NCBI GenBank assembly: GCA_964016885.1
Contig: OZ024745.1
Location: forward strand, 115,816,001 to 115,880,000
Source: Eledone cirrhosa
Taxonomy: Eukaryota
Length of the DNA stretch: 64,000 nucleotides
Direction: 5' to 3'
Below are positions 11,829 to 25,890 of the stretch, in pieces. The notes beneath the pieces were generated by a model. It made no database searches. It was not told the DNA's origin and was given only the letters and a program-made list of their open reading frames with translations. Made by a program: the position numbers and the translations under genes. Each line of letters begins with the position of its first letter. Position 1 is the first letter of the stretch.

Positions 11829-11944
11829 TTACCAGAGAATATAACGATGGGGAATGTTGGCAGGTAGCCATTTAAATAACATTTTATCATATTGGATGTC
11901 ACTGGGAACCGTGAGAACAGCACAGGAAATATTGGAAATATTTT
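11829..11944 (-). CDS. Kelch-repeat protein, terminal coding exon
   Basis: Acceptor atttattttattttcAG. The phase-1 frame reads (K)NISNISCAVLTVPSDIQYDKMLFKWLPANIPHRYILW*; the CAVL strand would complete the last Kelch blade. Confidence 0.75.
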
Positions 11945-12109
11945 CTGAAAATAAAATAAATGATAGAGGCAAAGGTTAGAATTTGATAAAATATACGCCT
12001 CATTTATACGAATTTCAAGGATGTAGAAGATCGGAAATGATAATGCATTTTATTAACAGGCAAAATATCTGACTTGGTTCTTTTATATTTTGAATTCAAA
12101 TGCCATCAG

Positions 12110-12196
12110 TATATTGGGTCATCAAGTATGAAATTTGTAGAAATTTCTTTTATTTCTACAAATTTCTACAAATGTCATACTTGATCACCCAATATA
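12110..12196. repeat. Short hairpin (~35-bp arms)
   Basis: atattgggtcatcaagtatgaaatttgtagaaattt / aaatttctacaaatgtcatacttgatcacccaatat. Confidence 0.8.
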
Positions 12197-12918
12197 TAAA
12201 TTTGTGGGTTTATGTCAATGCAAACAATCATAATTTCTGTTACTTAAAGAATAAAAATATTAATACCTGGGTAATTGCTGGCCTTGTGCCAAAAGTAGAA
12301 ACAATATCAGTCTCTATATTAATATCAATCTATAAAAAATATCATTTAGTTTGGGGCTCTTTTCTTTCAATTCTGCCAATATCGAAAACTTAAACCAGTG
12401 AACATAATTTTTGTAAATAAAGTCATTACCCGATTTTTCAGAGTTAGTAGTGTAATGTTTCGTTCTACTAACAAAATGAATTCGCTGCCAAATCACGTTA
12501 GGCTACATTGAAAAGTTAGCCTTAGGTCATGTGAAAAGAAATCAATAAAACTATTCGTACAGCCGAAAGGCAGAATCGTATTTTCGTCAAGACTGTATTT
12601 AAAAGAGACTACCACCTTTGTGATTCGTGTACTCGTAATCAATACAAAGAAAAGGAAACATCTGTATAATATAATTGAAGTATTTGACTAATCTTTCTTA
12701 ACCCAGAACACTCCCTCACCCATGCTATCTTGATTAACGTCTATTTATTTGTTACTAGTAAGGCGACTTGAAATGTTCTTATGTGAGTCATTTTATATTA
12801 AACTATTTAAAATATTACAACAGTTTCAAGAAATATTTTGCTGTTCAAAATACAATGCTGTCTGATTAAGGTGTGTTTAAAATATTTAATGGCTTAAACT
12901 AGAGATTTCTACACACCA

Positions 12919-13283
<365 letters not shown>

Positions 13284-13639
13284 TGACAGAGTTTTGTAGC
13301 TTGTGTGAAGAATTGTTGAATAGGAAACACATTTAAATAACTAGCAGAAAAACCACAAAAAGAATGATAACAATTATTATATTTGCCTAATATTTCTGCT
13401 TATTTCGACTCATATATAAGACAAGTCATTGACTTTGGAGGCTCTTTCAATAGTTTCCATTGCTTGTATATCTTCTAAGCTACATTACAGCAAGACTGCT
13501 TATTACCTTAATTGCACTGAAGAAAGCATAATATATGTTCAGCGTTTTCTGGCATATTTTCGGTTAAACGAAAGAAATATACATATATTAATGTTACTAG
13601 CAGTGCGCAGAGACACATGAGCACAGACGGAGACAAAAA

Positions 13640-13694
<55 letters not shown>

Positions 13695-14175
13695 GATAAA
13701 AAATGGCGTAAACAGAACACAATAGGAGGGAACATGATAATAGTACCATTGATGATGTTGCAGATATGCAACGAAAGAACTTTTTTAGACTATATATATA
13801 TATATATATATTTATATCTGTATTTTTGACCGTTGGTCAGTCAATGATATACATTGATGGCCAAATGAATTAACTATGGAGATATAAAAGATGCAGAAGC
13901 GAAAACCAACCAAACAGTTCAGCTATTATTACAACAATATCACCCTCCCCAAATATAACAATACTTGTTTCGACACACGCTTTCATATAAAAAACCTCGC
14001 AAAACAAATACACGCACACACACAGTTTGTTTTTGAAATGCGCATCATAAAATATATAGAACTTTTTTAACTATCTTTTAATTTCTTCTTATATATACTC
14101 CAGTCCAATAAACTGTTGAGTGCTACTTATCCGATATATGCATAGTTTTATTGTTCTACAATAAAACTCACCTCC

Positions 14176-14177
<2 letters not shown>

Positions 14178-14231
<54 letters not shown>

Positions 14232-14313
14232 AATATAAACATCCATACACATACATATATATATACATATATATATACATATATATATATATATGTATAT
14301 ATATATGTATATA

Positions 14314-14355
<42 letters not shown>

Positions 14356-14382
14356 CATACATATATATAAATAATCATATAC

Positions 14383-14413
<31 letters not shown>

Positions 14414-14616
14414 TATATATATACCACATATATATATACATATTATATATATATAAATATACACACATATATATATATACATATACATATACATATACAT
14501 ACAAATATATGCATATATACACATATATACGCACATATACATACACACACATACACACATACATATATATATACATATATACACACATATACACATATAC
14601 ACATATGCACACATAT

Positions 14617-14707
<91 letters not shown>

Positions 14708-14838
14708 CATATATATATATACGTATACATATATATATACACATATATATACATAAATACATATACAAATACATATACATACACATATACATAATTGTAT
14801 ATACATACACACACATATACACATATAAATATATATAC

Positions 14839-14911
<73 letters not shown>

Positions 14912-15072
14912 AATATATATATACACACACAAGTATACACACACATACCCATATACAGGTACATATAAACGCGCGTACACACAAACATACGCATACATAC
15001 GTACGGCCACTCATATATATACGTACATACATGTACTCATAAATATACACATATGCACAGATACATATATAC
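14178..15072. repeat. (TA)n/(CA)n compound microsatellite field
   Basis: Directly visible. Confidence 0.95.
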
Positions 15073-15369
15073 AGCTCTACATGCAGAAAGAGCAGATAAG
15101 TAAGAAGTACTTACATGACCATAGTGCTGTGTTCGGGCAGAGAGGGGATAGGGTAGGGTGTGAAGGAGATAGAGGGGGTATTTTGTCGACTGGGTTTTTT
15201 TTTAAAAAAAAGGGGAAATCTTTTTTAGCCATCTGGCATTAACATTGGCTTAAGGTATTTGAAAGTTGCAAAGTTTTTGTGCATGCAATTCGGGCACTGT
15301 TCAGAGATTTTGTTCTGTAGCGGGCCCTCGGCGAATAATATTTCGTATCTCTCTGAGATACAAAGGTCG

Positions 15370-16160
15370 CTGTGAGTTCTTTTTCTGAACCTGTCGTAAA
15401 CACGTGGGCCGCACTTTGTCATAGTCAAAAGACCGTCATCACGGTACAAACTACCGCCCACGTTGAGGAATTCTTCCTTGATAGAGAAAAAAAGGAAAAG
15501 GCCGATACGATCAGTATCCTCCGCAGAATCTCTGGCGCCCATACTTACGTCGAATGGGGTACTATTAGATATTTTAATCCAAATAGAGTCGTCGAAATTA
15601 ATCACCGACTTACGGGCATTCAGGATGACATCAACTTCGAAATCATTAAAAACTGTGAGTGTTTTAGCGAAATTGATAGCTCTAAGAAGAAGTGGTAAAG
15701 TGATGGAGTAGTAGTAATTATTGATGTCGAATTGTTGCATATGCCGTTGACCCAATCAATCACCGCGAAAGAATTGTTCCACAGTGCAAGAGTGGCCAAA
15801 CCTCTAATTTCAGGTATAATTATATCTAAAATCGTATTATCTTCATTTTTTCTGTTCATTGCCAGAGAACGTCTCCACGAACCACCTAATAGGATATTAG
15901 TTTATACCATAAATGTGGTTTTGTCTTTGCGTGTAATTGGTTGTCACCTCTCTAAATAATGACGTATTATCTTCGTTGTTTTCCCTTCTTTGCCAGGGAA
16001 CGTTTCCACGAACCAAAGTATCGTCTTCCTGTCTTCCTTCGGTTGCAACGGTTTTCGAAATATTTACTTCTGTGTTCATAAATTGATTTTTTTAGTTTCA
16101 GAAGATCCCGTTAAGGGTGAAAGCAGCGATTCTTTGCTTAAACTTGAATCTGTTATTTTA

Positions 16161-16165
<5 letters not shown>
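15370..16165 (-). mobile_element. Penelope-like RT fragment with inverted HHR-bearing pLTR
   Basis: QFDINNYYYSI...FDVSMGARDSAE.TD.IGL...SLYRDDGL on the minus strand; an inverted pLTR ending HHR-AATAAA-(TA)n at ~15870-16165(+). Confidence 0.85.
16094..16144 (+). ncRNA. Hammerhead-like motif with variant core CAGAAGA (family A)
   Basis: AGTTT-CAGAAGA-tccc/ggg stem II-GAAA-GCA..TGC-TT-AAACT; same motif at ~19203, 30110-30851 (x8), ~42190-42290, ~42495. Confidence 0.6.
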
Positions 16166-16236
<71 letters not shown>

Positions 16237-17409
16237 CCGTGTAATATAATTGAATATAAAAGAGAGATAAACACAGATATAAACATATATGCGTTCAAAT
16301 CGGCAGGGAGCAGATTCGCTAGCTGTCTGGGTGTTAGGCTGTTATCCAATATCGGTTTGTATTTCTTTTCTTGATGTATTGTTTTAAATTGAGTGTCGCA
16401 AACCCTACTGTTAATAATATATATATATATAAAGAATCGATCGACTGTCGTCAAATCGGACCGAGGAAACAATGTTTTCGTCGGTCTTTCTAGTTGCTAA
16501 TGCATGTATACATACATATCAACTAGAAATAGATTGACACACATATATATATATATAAAATAAACATATGGAACAATCACAGGGCATAATTTGAAAGGTA
16601 TGTAAGCACACATAGCTAGGTAGGTAACCAATTAAAGTTTAACTAGAACTTCAAATATAGATACTTTTTAAAATGATTAATCTCCTTTGTATATATTTCT
16701 TTAAATAAAAAAATATATTTCACCAATTAATCAGTAAATCACCGTAGTCAAATCCTGGATGGCCTATTCATTGGAATCTTTGAGCTTATCCTGCAGTGTG
16801 TATGGCGCATGTCTCTCAGACATGACAACTCCTAATTTAATTTTGGATATATACATACTTATATACATTGACAAAATTAATTCTCAATGCATTGAAATTT
16901 GTATCTTTCAATGTTAGCCTATAATATCTAGACCCTAACTTGTTAGAGACCTAGAATTCTCAAAGACTGGCAGTACAGTAGAATTAATTATAATGGTGAT
17001 TATCATGCATTCTTGGAAAATGCGAAATGTTTAGACAAAACTTGGCGAACAATATCGGATCAGATTTGTGCTTTCAATGGAATAATGACACCGCGGACAT
17101 AGGGAATTTTCTGGGATCATATATCCGAGAAGGTTGAATAAGGAGTTTACTTCAACAAACTTTGGCCTGAATATAAATATGAATAAAGCGGGTTATGATA
17201 GCTGGGAAGAGAGAGAGCGCTATAATAGCACTGGGATTGTACTTTTTTTATAGACCACGAAAGGATGAAAGGCAAAGAGAAAATAGACGGAATGTGAACT
17301 TAAAGACTGCATGGATATTTGTCTGCGAAAGCGTAATACCAAACATGACACACTAACTGGTACACTTTAGACACTTTGAGAATAGACCTCCTCAACACAT
17401 GCAATAAAT

Positions 17410-17600
17410 AATTGTTTCTACTTTCGGCACAAGGCCAGCAATTATCCCAGTGTATTACTGGTACTTTATTTTATCGACGCCGTAAGGATGAAAGGCAAAG
17501 TTAACCTCGGCGGGATTTGAACTCAGTCCGTAAAGGGACGTAACTGTGCTGAAAAGCATGGCGTCCGACCCTCTACCGATACTGCCAATCCACTGCCAAT
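17410..17600 (-). mobile_element. tRNA-derived SINE
   Basis: A box TGGCAGTATCGG, B box GAGTTCAAATCC, body ctttgcctttcatccttacgg..tcgataaaataaagtaccag, tail gtagaaacaattatt. Confidence 0.85.
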
Positions 17601-18364
17601 CCACCAATCCACACATGCAATAAATAATGTCGGAAAATAAAAATCATTGCAACCATTGTATTCATTGTTAATTTATACATTATCTTCAGTTTAACTACAA
17701 ATTTACACAACCATCTTACAAATTTAATGAACATCTTACATAACTTTAAATAGATTCCTGTCACCACCTCATAGCTTTCAAAAAGTAATAGTAGTAGCAG
17801 AAGTTAATGTAATTCGACACATAATAAAATATCTATGATAGAGCGAAATCTTACCGAAACAAAGACTTGACAAGCAAGTAACTCAAAGATAATATTAACT
17901 ATACTCCACTCTCCGCCATGTAAGAGCAAGAGAAAACGTAGAAGTATCCTATTGACACTTTTATGTCAATACACCCAGGAAAGTTTCGTCTTATTTGATT
18001 AAGAAGTTCCCACAAAACATAAATACACAAACTATTCACTAAGATTAACATTAAATCTAATAACATTTCCCCCAATAATATAAAATATCATAAACACATG
18101 AAACACAGGAATTAACTGTGGTAACTGTACACGAAGAAATAACAGTATATGTCCTCTCAATTCTGTTATTCAAGGGAAAATGTAAACGAAGCGAAACGCC
18201 GCTCCATCGAATAAAAACATTCGAATAATACACAAATACTTTATATGTAAGACTGGATCAAATTTCAAATAGCAGTAATTTAACATACATCTTAATCTTG
18301 AAAAAATATGAAAGGAAATTTTCTAATTATATCTGGCAAATGAGGGGAAACTGTTACTAATATA

Positions 18365-18572
18365 ATGGTTTCATATATAGGCACAAGGCCAGCAATTTTG
18401 AGGGAGGGGAAAGTCGATTAAATTGACCCCAGTGCGGGACTGGTATTTTATTTTATCGACCCCGTAAGGATGAAAGGCAAAGTTAACCACGGAAGAATTT
18501 GAACTCAGATCATAAAGGCCGTGCCTCTATGCTGCAAAGAATGGCGTCCGACTCCTACCTATAATGCCAAAC
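18365..18572 (-). mobile_element. tRNA-derived SINE (longer subfamily)
   Basis: Same head and body plus the insert ggggtcaatttaatcgactttccccctccc. Confidence 0.8.
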
Positions 18573-18630
18573 CAATATAATAGAAAATCGAAAACCATTG
18601 AAATTTTGAGTCTATATAAAAATGGGCGTA

Positions 18631-19577
18631 CTAGCAGAATGGCCCGGCGTTGCTCGGGATTCTAAACATAGATTAGCATGTTTATCCCTCCTTTCTGAAG
18701 CAGTACAGAGAAGTACGGAATACCTCAGCCTGGGGATGGTGTCTACATTTTGTGCTTATAAAAAGAATTCGTCGTAGATTACCAGGGGTTTAACTTAATT
18801 GGGTGCCAGAGAGTAAAATTTTCAACCCACGAAAGCCAAGATGATAGGGTTAAGTAAAAAGGCATTCAATAAACCGAACATGTATTTGTTGTGCTATGGT
18901 ACAATGAAAGCAATAGTTACAGAGCAGTAAGCATGTGGGACTGCAGTGGTGAAGAGTGGTGTTGTCTTACTCCTTTCAATGTTTCGTCGAATGTTCACCA
19001 TTTGCTGCAGAAGTCCTAATAAAAAGTGAAGTCGCCTTGGGTGAATAGGCAAATAATTTTCCATTACGATTTTTCAAAAGCATGTAATTGCGTTCCCTCT
19101 CTTTTTTGTTGTTGTTTTTGCTGCTGTTTATATTTTGTTTTTGTGTATGCAAAAATATCTGTACACGAATATATAATTATATATATTAATATAACAGATT
19201 AAAGTTTAAGCAAAGAATCGCTGCTTTCACCCTTAACGGGATCTTCTGAAACTAAAAAAAATCAATCTGTGAACGCAGAAGTAAATATTTCGAAAAACGT
19301 TACTTCACTATATATACACTCACTATATATACATATATACACACACAGATAGCGTCATAATGTCGTAATGCAGACAGCCAGACATACAGACATATATTAT
19401 AAGGATGCGACATTCGGCGCCTAATGCGGTCCCTAGGGCATTGAAAATTTGAAATTTTCTTTGCTCAAAGCACTCACACGACCATAAGTATTACATGTGT
19501 AAAGTTTCAAAACAATCGGTTGTTCTTGAGTTTTAGGGAATCAGTCAGACAGACATTCTCTGTTTTAGAATTATAGA
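18631..19577 (-). mobile_element. Non-autonomous Helitron
   Basis: On the minus strand: A|TC start, 3' hairpin cccgagcaacgccggg followed by CTAG|T. Sister copy at 42015-42994. Confidence 0.8.
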
Positions 19578-20424
19578 TAACGCACAGATGAGTTTGTCTT
19601 CAATTTTATAGTGTTTTAGACTAGTCTTAGTGTTCTTAGTAGTGATCTCCTGTCCCTTTTTAGTGAAGTTAGTTACTCAATTGGTCTGGAAATTGTTTTC
19701 TTATTGATACATGTAACATTTACATAATGTAGTTTTGGTTATAAACGGACATGCGTTAATATCTGTCCATTATAGTCACCAGCTGTCATTCTATTACTTA
19801 AGATTTAGGTTGTAGCTAATCGAATTCTATTTCAAATTCCTGAAGTAATTGTCCTGATGCTGTTATGACCTCGTCATTGGAGTGAAGAAAGAAAATCTGC
19901 AGGATTTCCTATGATTTAGAAAAGTGCAATGAGTAACATTAACGACCCCCATATCCATCTAATCACTGAAACACTATAATCTCATGTCACTGTCATTTCC
20001 ATGAATAATACAGCTGTTTCATAGTCCAAATTTAAAATGCTGCAACTGATAAAACTTTGGTATTGGCAACTAAGTCTAATTGTCAACAACATATAATATA
20101 AGTAGTGCTACAAATGTGTTAATGATATTGATGAAATTTCGCATTTTAAATGAGTTTTTAGAATTGTTTGTTTCTATTAAAATATCCATTTCTCATTCCC
20201 ATCTTAGAGTCTCCCACACGCTCACATTAACACACATATACTTACATCTTTATGCTAATCTATATCTAGATACTTAAATACTTATACAATTTGTAATTAG
20301 AAAACTCGTGATTCTCTTTGTTGAAATTTCTGATGTTTTTCTGAATTTCCGTTCCGTCTTCGTTATTAATATTTCGATTACTTTCTTTATATTTCTAATA
20401 CACATTAATGTATTTGTTCACGGT

Positions 20425-20540
20425 GAGTTCAAATCCCGCCGAGGTTAACTTTGCCTTTCATCCTTACGGGGTCGATAAAATAAAGTACCAGTAATGTACT
20501 GTGTAATTGCTGGCCTTGTGCCTAAAGTAGAAACAATTAA
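20425..20540 (+). mobile_element. 5'-truncated tRNA-derived SINE
   Basis: B box, body and tail, flanked by the duplicated attaatgtatttgttcacg (TSD-like). Confidence 0.85.
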
Positions 20541-20944
20541 TGTATTTGTTCACGATATCAACGTTAATATGTATATATGCCGCATATAAGTATAAGCCAA
20601 AGAGGAGGATCTCAGCCTTAACAAGCATAGAACACAATGAAATCGCCATATGTATGCATATAAAACTATTCCACTAGCTATTTCAGAAGTATTTGATGAT
20701 ATTGTTGACGGTAGTAAGAATTCATATATTACCATATTACCAAAGTGGTAACAAACTTCAAAGATGTCAAGCATTGTAATGATTTCTTCAGACTAATATT
20801 TATCTATGCCCCGACAGAGGTAGGTGGCATCATTACATCAGGTGCCTGTGTTTGTGAACCCTGCTTGTTTAGTGTTAAAGCGTGATTGGAATGGCATTTT
20901 ACAAGCATGCTGTAAAACCCAATATTACTGTCATGTTAGCTTGA

Positions 20945-21403
20945 GATCCGTGTGGACCTTCATAAAAACATGAAAATCCGTCTCTTTGTTGTTGTAGTGG
21001 AATCTGTGCTGTTGTACGGGTCTGAGACTTGGACACTGACCAAGAAACTCACTCAGATGGTGGATGGGTGCTACACGAGCATGCTGAGGATGGCTCTGAA
21101 CATTAATCAGTATACACTGAGGATGAAGAACTCAGAGCTGTGCGGGGCCCTCCCAAAAGTCAGCTCGAAAGTGACACAAAGGAGAGTGAGGTTAGCTGGA
21201 CATGCTCACCGACATCCAGAGTTGATACTGCACTCAGTGCTCCTATGGGAGACCCTGCATGGACACACTGGAAGAGGAAGACCGAAGTTAACTTATCTTG
21301 ATGCCCTAAGGACAGAGACTGGTCTCTTGGGGACAGAGAACGCTGGAGAGAACTCGTCCATGGATCTCAAGAATTTTACCCGCCCTAGATAGATAGATAG
21401 ATA
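20945..21403 (+). mobile_element. RTE-type LINE 3' fragment with (GATA)n tail
   Basis: KIRLF...VESVLLYGSETWTLTK...RRVRLAGHAHR...GRGRPKLTY. Confidence 0.85.
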
Positions 21404-21482
21404 GTCGATAGTAAAGAAGTGTTGTTAATACCTCGCAAAACTCTTTATAGAGTTCCATCTCTCTGGCAGGTACAGTCTAGAC

Positions 21483-21801
21483 CAGGGGCGTGCAACAGAT
21501 AGCCTGCTGGTCACAATCCGGCCCATCAGACCAGTCAGAATGGCCCGCGAATATCGTCTTTAATGTTTACCTTGTAGGCTTATTTAGAATGTTTTTCGTA
21601 ACCGTAATACAATTTTCTGTTAGTTGACCTATACTAAAGGGCTTCACTGATAGGGTTATGAGTGTTATAATTTTCCAGTTCCATGTTATGGAAAGAACTT
21701 GTGGTGAATCTTTGGAATAGTGCTTAATAAATATTGATGGCCCTTATAGTTGTTCCAATGTTCAAAAGTGGCCCGCCAATGTAATATGTTGCACACCTCT
21801 G
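21483..21801. mobile_element. hAT (Charlie-like) MITE
   Basis: TIR CAGGGGCGTGCAAC/GTTGCACACCTCTG; 8-bp TSD gtctagac/gtctagaa; subterminal GGCCC motifs. Confidence 0.8.
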
Positions 21802-22093
21802 GTCTAGAATATGCACATGTCTCAATGTGCATGGGGAGTTACCGCTTTGGGTAATTTAGACTGTACATGGGTAGGGTATTTGTTCGGTCAGCAGTGGAGA
21901 TTAATGTAGATGCCCACATTTTCTATCGGTCAGCTACACACTGGGCACGTTACAGGGAGAGGTTATGGGAATGGAAACGCCTTCTTTCCGGCATACAAAT
22001 TCCACAACGGCCCTATAACCGCATGGGGTTAGACAGACATTAGAGAGAAAGTAAGACTTTAGCAATATACTTGAAATATACCTAATATAGATA

Positions 22094-22298
22094 CCGTATT
22101 TCCCGGCGCCGAAGATGCTTCGTCCACGAGGACGCACCCTAATTTTGACAACCAAAAATTTGAAAAAAAAAAAAAAAAGAAAGAAAGAAAGAAAGAAAGA
22201 AAGAATGAAAAATGCAACCTTCGGCCTCCAGGACGCATGGTAGATATTAGAGATTTATTTTTGGAAAAAAGTAGCGTCTTCGAGGCCAGGAAATACAG
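22094..22298. mobile_element. pogo/Tigger-like MITE
   Basis: TA TSD; TIR CCGTATTTCCCGGCGCCGAAGATGC / GCGTCTTCGAGGCCAGGAAATACAG. Confidence 0.8.
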
Positions 22299-22356
22299 TA
22301 ATACAATTTAGTAATATCGAAACTGTTTATTTTCATTGATATGTATCTTTACTTAC

Positions 22357-22473
22357 TTTTACTGATTTGGAATTCATTCTCCCATGTTTTCGTCTGTGTA
22401 TTAAAACTTTCCACGTGTGGAATTCCTGCTCCGGTCTCAAAATTACATCCACCAAAAAGATATATTTTGGATC
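22357..22473 (-). CDS. Kelch-repeat protein, penultimate coding exon
   Basis: Acceptor ttctattttcaccAG, donor GTAAGT. Encodes (G)SKIYLFGGCNFETGAGIPHVESFNTQTKTWENEFQISK, a textbook Kelch motif. 117 bp, phase 1->1. Confidence 0.92.
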
Positions 22474-25186
22474 CTGGTGAAAATAGAAGCATCATGGATA
22501 CTAAGCACAGTATGATAAACTAATACGTGATAATTATTGCAGTTATATAAATTATATAATAGGAGCCAAATATTAGCTGAATGAGTCAATGTCAAAACCT
22601 TAATGTTTATCATAATACAATCTTATGTCATTTAATCTCCTTGTGTTATTCATTGTATCAATTTGTATTAAAGCTGACTTGTAGAATAAAACACCCACGT
22701 ACTTTTACAACAGAAGATGTTCAGTAGATATGATCTTGGAACCTTTTCAGCTGAAATTCTCTGAAGAACCTCTTACGGTTTTCAGCGCGTTAGTATGGAG
22801 TCCTTCATTGTAACCAAACATTACTCACACACACGCAAACACACACGCACAGACACACGTACATGCACGCACACACGCAAACACACAAGCACAGCCACAC
22901 GTAGACACACACACACACGCACACACGCATACACGTACACACGCACACACGCACACACACATGTTTTCATTTTGCTTGGTGGCCAGTGAAGAGTGACAAT
23001 CCACACGGTGGGCGATAGAAAAGGTTGAAAGAGGAGGAGGAAGACAAGGAGAAATGTGTTGGAACACAGAAGTGACTGGAAGAAGAGATAAAGAAAGGGA
23101 TGTACAAGACAAGTTTACACACATCCTCACCCTCATCAGGTCTCATTTTGCTGGTTTGAGAGCCGATGAGGGTAAAGATGTGAATGAAATTGGGTGGAAG
23201 GAAACTGTAGAAACTGTACTGTTTAGAAGTCTGTCCGATGGACTCTACCTATAATTTAAAAGTTCAGTTCTGTCAGACTCTGAATGTCTCTGAGAATTAC
23301 GTTAAGGGACAGGCAAATGTCGATATAGGTTTGCACCATTGGCATCGCACCTAAATGGTTGATGCATTAGCAGTTCTTCCAGTTCAACTTATTGGTCTGA
23401 CGCCTTATTTATCAACCCCAAAAGGACAAAAGATAAAGTTGACCTCAGCGGGATTTGAACGCAGATATTAAATAGTCGGAACAAATGTCACAAGGCATTT
23501 ATTCCACTTTGCCAATTCGCTACCTGTCACCTTAAACACTGCTTTATTATTTGGTAGGGGAAAGCTGTGTGACAGATCACCTGATATATGTTTATAATGG
23601 TGTAAATGTTTGCTTCAGACAAACGTGATTCACCATATTTAGTTATTCAGATACATTACTTTACACTAAAGATGTAAGTGCCATCTAATATATAGGTACC
23701 AGCATATACACTAGTTTTAATCAAAAGACTTAAATTTGAATCATACTTTATCTTAAATCTTTGAATAACATAACTTGATATGTTTCACGGAAAATGAAAT
23801 ACGTAGCTCAGTATTCTTCTATAAAAAGTCATATGCATTTTCCATCATAAAAGGAAACAAACAAACAAAACTGTTCAACACCATTAATGTTTATAAAAAA
23901 TAGATATGTTGTTTACATAATCATTACTAGCCCCGGAGACGTATAAAGATAAATATGTTTGAATGTTTGAAATATAAATCAATGGCCTACAAATACTTCA
24001 CACACATATTCATATCCACATATACTCTCCACATATGTACGTGTAAAACAGATATGAACTTTTAAACTTAATGTTTAAATCTGATTATTTATTCGTTGTC
24101 ATTAGAAATGTCAATTCTGAAATAAAGCTAATATATATATAGTATTTCTATTTGTTCGATGAATGCAATTGTCAACAATATTTATATTTATGATAAAGGT
24201 TATTAAAAAAACAAAATGTGTAGAAACAAGTTATTGTGAAGAAGATTGGTCTTTAACAGGAAGCATAATATAAAGAAATTGTAAAATAATTTTCGAAAAA
24301 TTTAACATTTGTTTGAAAATAGTAAAGTTTACTTAAAGATGGTTGGATAAAAAAAGACGTCTGTTGAATTAGTTACAGCTGGAGATCATTAACATGATCG
24401 AGGTTTCACTTAAAAGTAGTTTTTCTTAACTTTAATTATCTTCTGGAAAAAAGCGGATTTCATGACAGTTTCAATTGTCTTTGTCAATAAGAGAAAATGT
24501 TAGCTTTCTTTCCTATTTACAGTAGAAATATTCAGATAGTGTACAAACAATTGAAAACAATTCACGTAGGTGTTTTTATAATATGATTCTGCTGGAGATT
24601 ACCATGAACGTACAAAATACTGTCGAATAGTTTCAAGAATTTAACTTCGTATTTCCCATTTCCAGCGTCAAAATTTGGTTTTTATTTTTTTCAGGGTTGG
24701 TAAGAACTTAAAACTGACAAAGACACTAATCTACTGGATGAAATCAAGGTAGTATCCTAACTCTGAAGAAATTTCTGTGGTCTGTGTGGTCAACAGTAAC
24801 TCCATAACATTTCATTGATGAATAAGAAATTAGTCAGTTAAGAAAACATCTAATGAGGACTAATATGGCCGGGAAAGGCAAATGAAGAAAGGAATATGTG
24901 AGGTGAAAGCTTATGTGGATTTGTAGGTTGGGAATAATGAATGTTTATTTTCATGGTTGATGATAGAGCGTTTCATTCGTCACTTGACTGTCGTTAATTG
25001 GCATTAGATTTATATAGGTATATTTGTGAGCTAGGCGGTTTTTGGTGCTTTTGGGTTACATAAAACTACATAAAACAGTAGTCTATCTATTCTCCTTGGA
25101 CACGTTGATGTCGTATTTTTAGGCACCAATATATTTACATAAAAGAAACAATATCCTACAAATTAAATTCGTTCACTGTTACTTAC

Positions 25187-25366
25187 CTAATTTTAAATGA
25201 GCTGCATTACACCGTGCATAACGAGGAGAAGGCAGATCAAGGTCCCATGGACAGATTAAGTCGGGTGAATCACAGGATCCCAGCGAAACATTCGGTTTGA
25301 AGGCGAACATACCTGCATTAGTATGCATAGATATACTCTTTTTTGATTCCCTTTTAGACGTGACAC
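25187..25366 (-). CDS. Kelch-repeat protein, internal exon
   Basis: Acceptor ttgcAG, donor GTAAGT. Encodes (G)VTSKRESKKSISMHTNAGMFAFKPNVSLGSCDSPDLICPWDLDLPSPRYARCNAAHLKL(G). 180 bp, phase 1->1, no stops. Confidence 0.85.
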
Positions 25367-25389
25367 CTGCAATATATATATATATATAT

Positions 25390-25890
25390 AGTTATGTAAT
25401 AAACAACATAAGATAATTATTTCATTTACCAGTGGTTCCTAGAAAGCAGATATATCTGTTTTCAATCGTCAGAATGAATAAAACATGGTGTTTTTATTAA
25501 ATATGGATTTGAAAACGAAATATAAGAAATATGAAAGGGAGGCTGAGGAAACAACAGGCGAAGAAGAAGAAGAAGAAGAAGAAGAAGAGAAAAAGAATAC
25601 ATATATATAAAAACAATAAATATATAAACATACATACATTCAACCACGCGCATGTACTTAAAAAGAACGTAGACGTATACTTTATCAGATAAGCGTATAT
25701 GCATCTAGAGACATGGACAAAATACATACACATACATATACATGCAGTAATAAAAATAAATAAATAAATGAATAAGAACAAAAAAATACAAAGTCAAAAA
25801 TAAAATAAAGTCAAAGGATACGTGTTGACAAAGAAAAGTGAGAGGAGGGGGAAAAATAAAAACAATTAAAAATAAACAAATACAGGAGAC
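25390..25890 (-). mobile_element. Third copy of HHR-bearing family B element
   Basis: Colinear with 6681-7270; HHR at ~25421-25478 with GAAA mutated to GGAA. Confidence 0.8.

Noticed and set aside
20570-20780. Possible decayed Helitron coding remnant
   Set aside because: Only a vague resemblance; multiple stops; no diagnostic motif.
24694-24750. Plus-strand acceptor tttttttcAG with nearby GT
   Set aside because: Short, no recognisable peptide, antisense to the Kelch gene, no partner exons.
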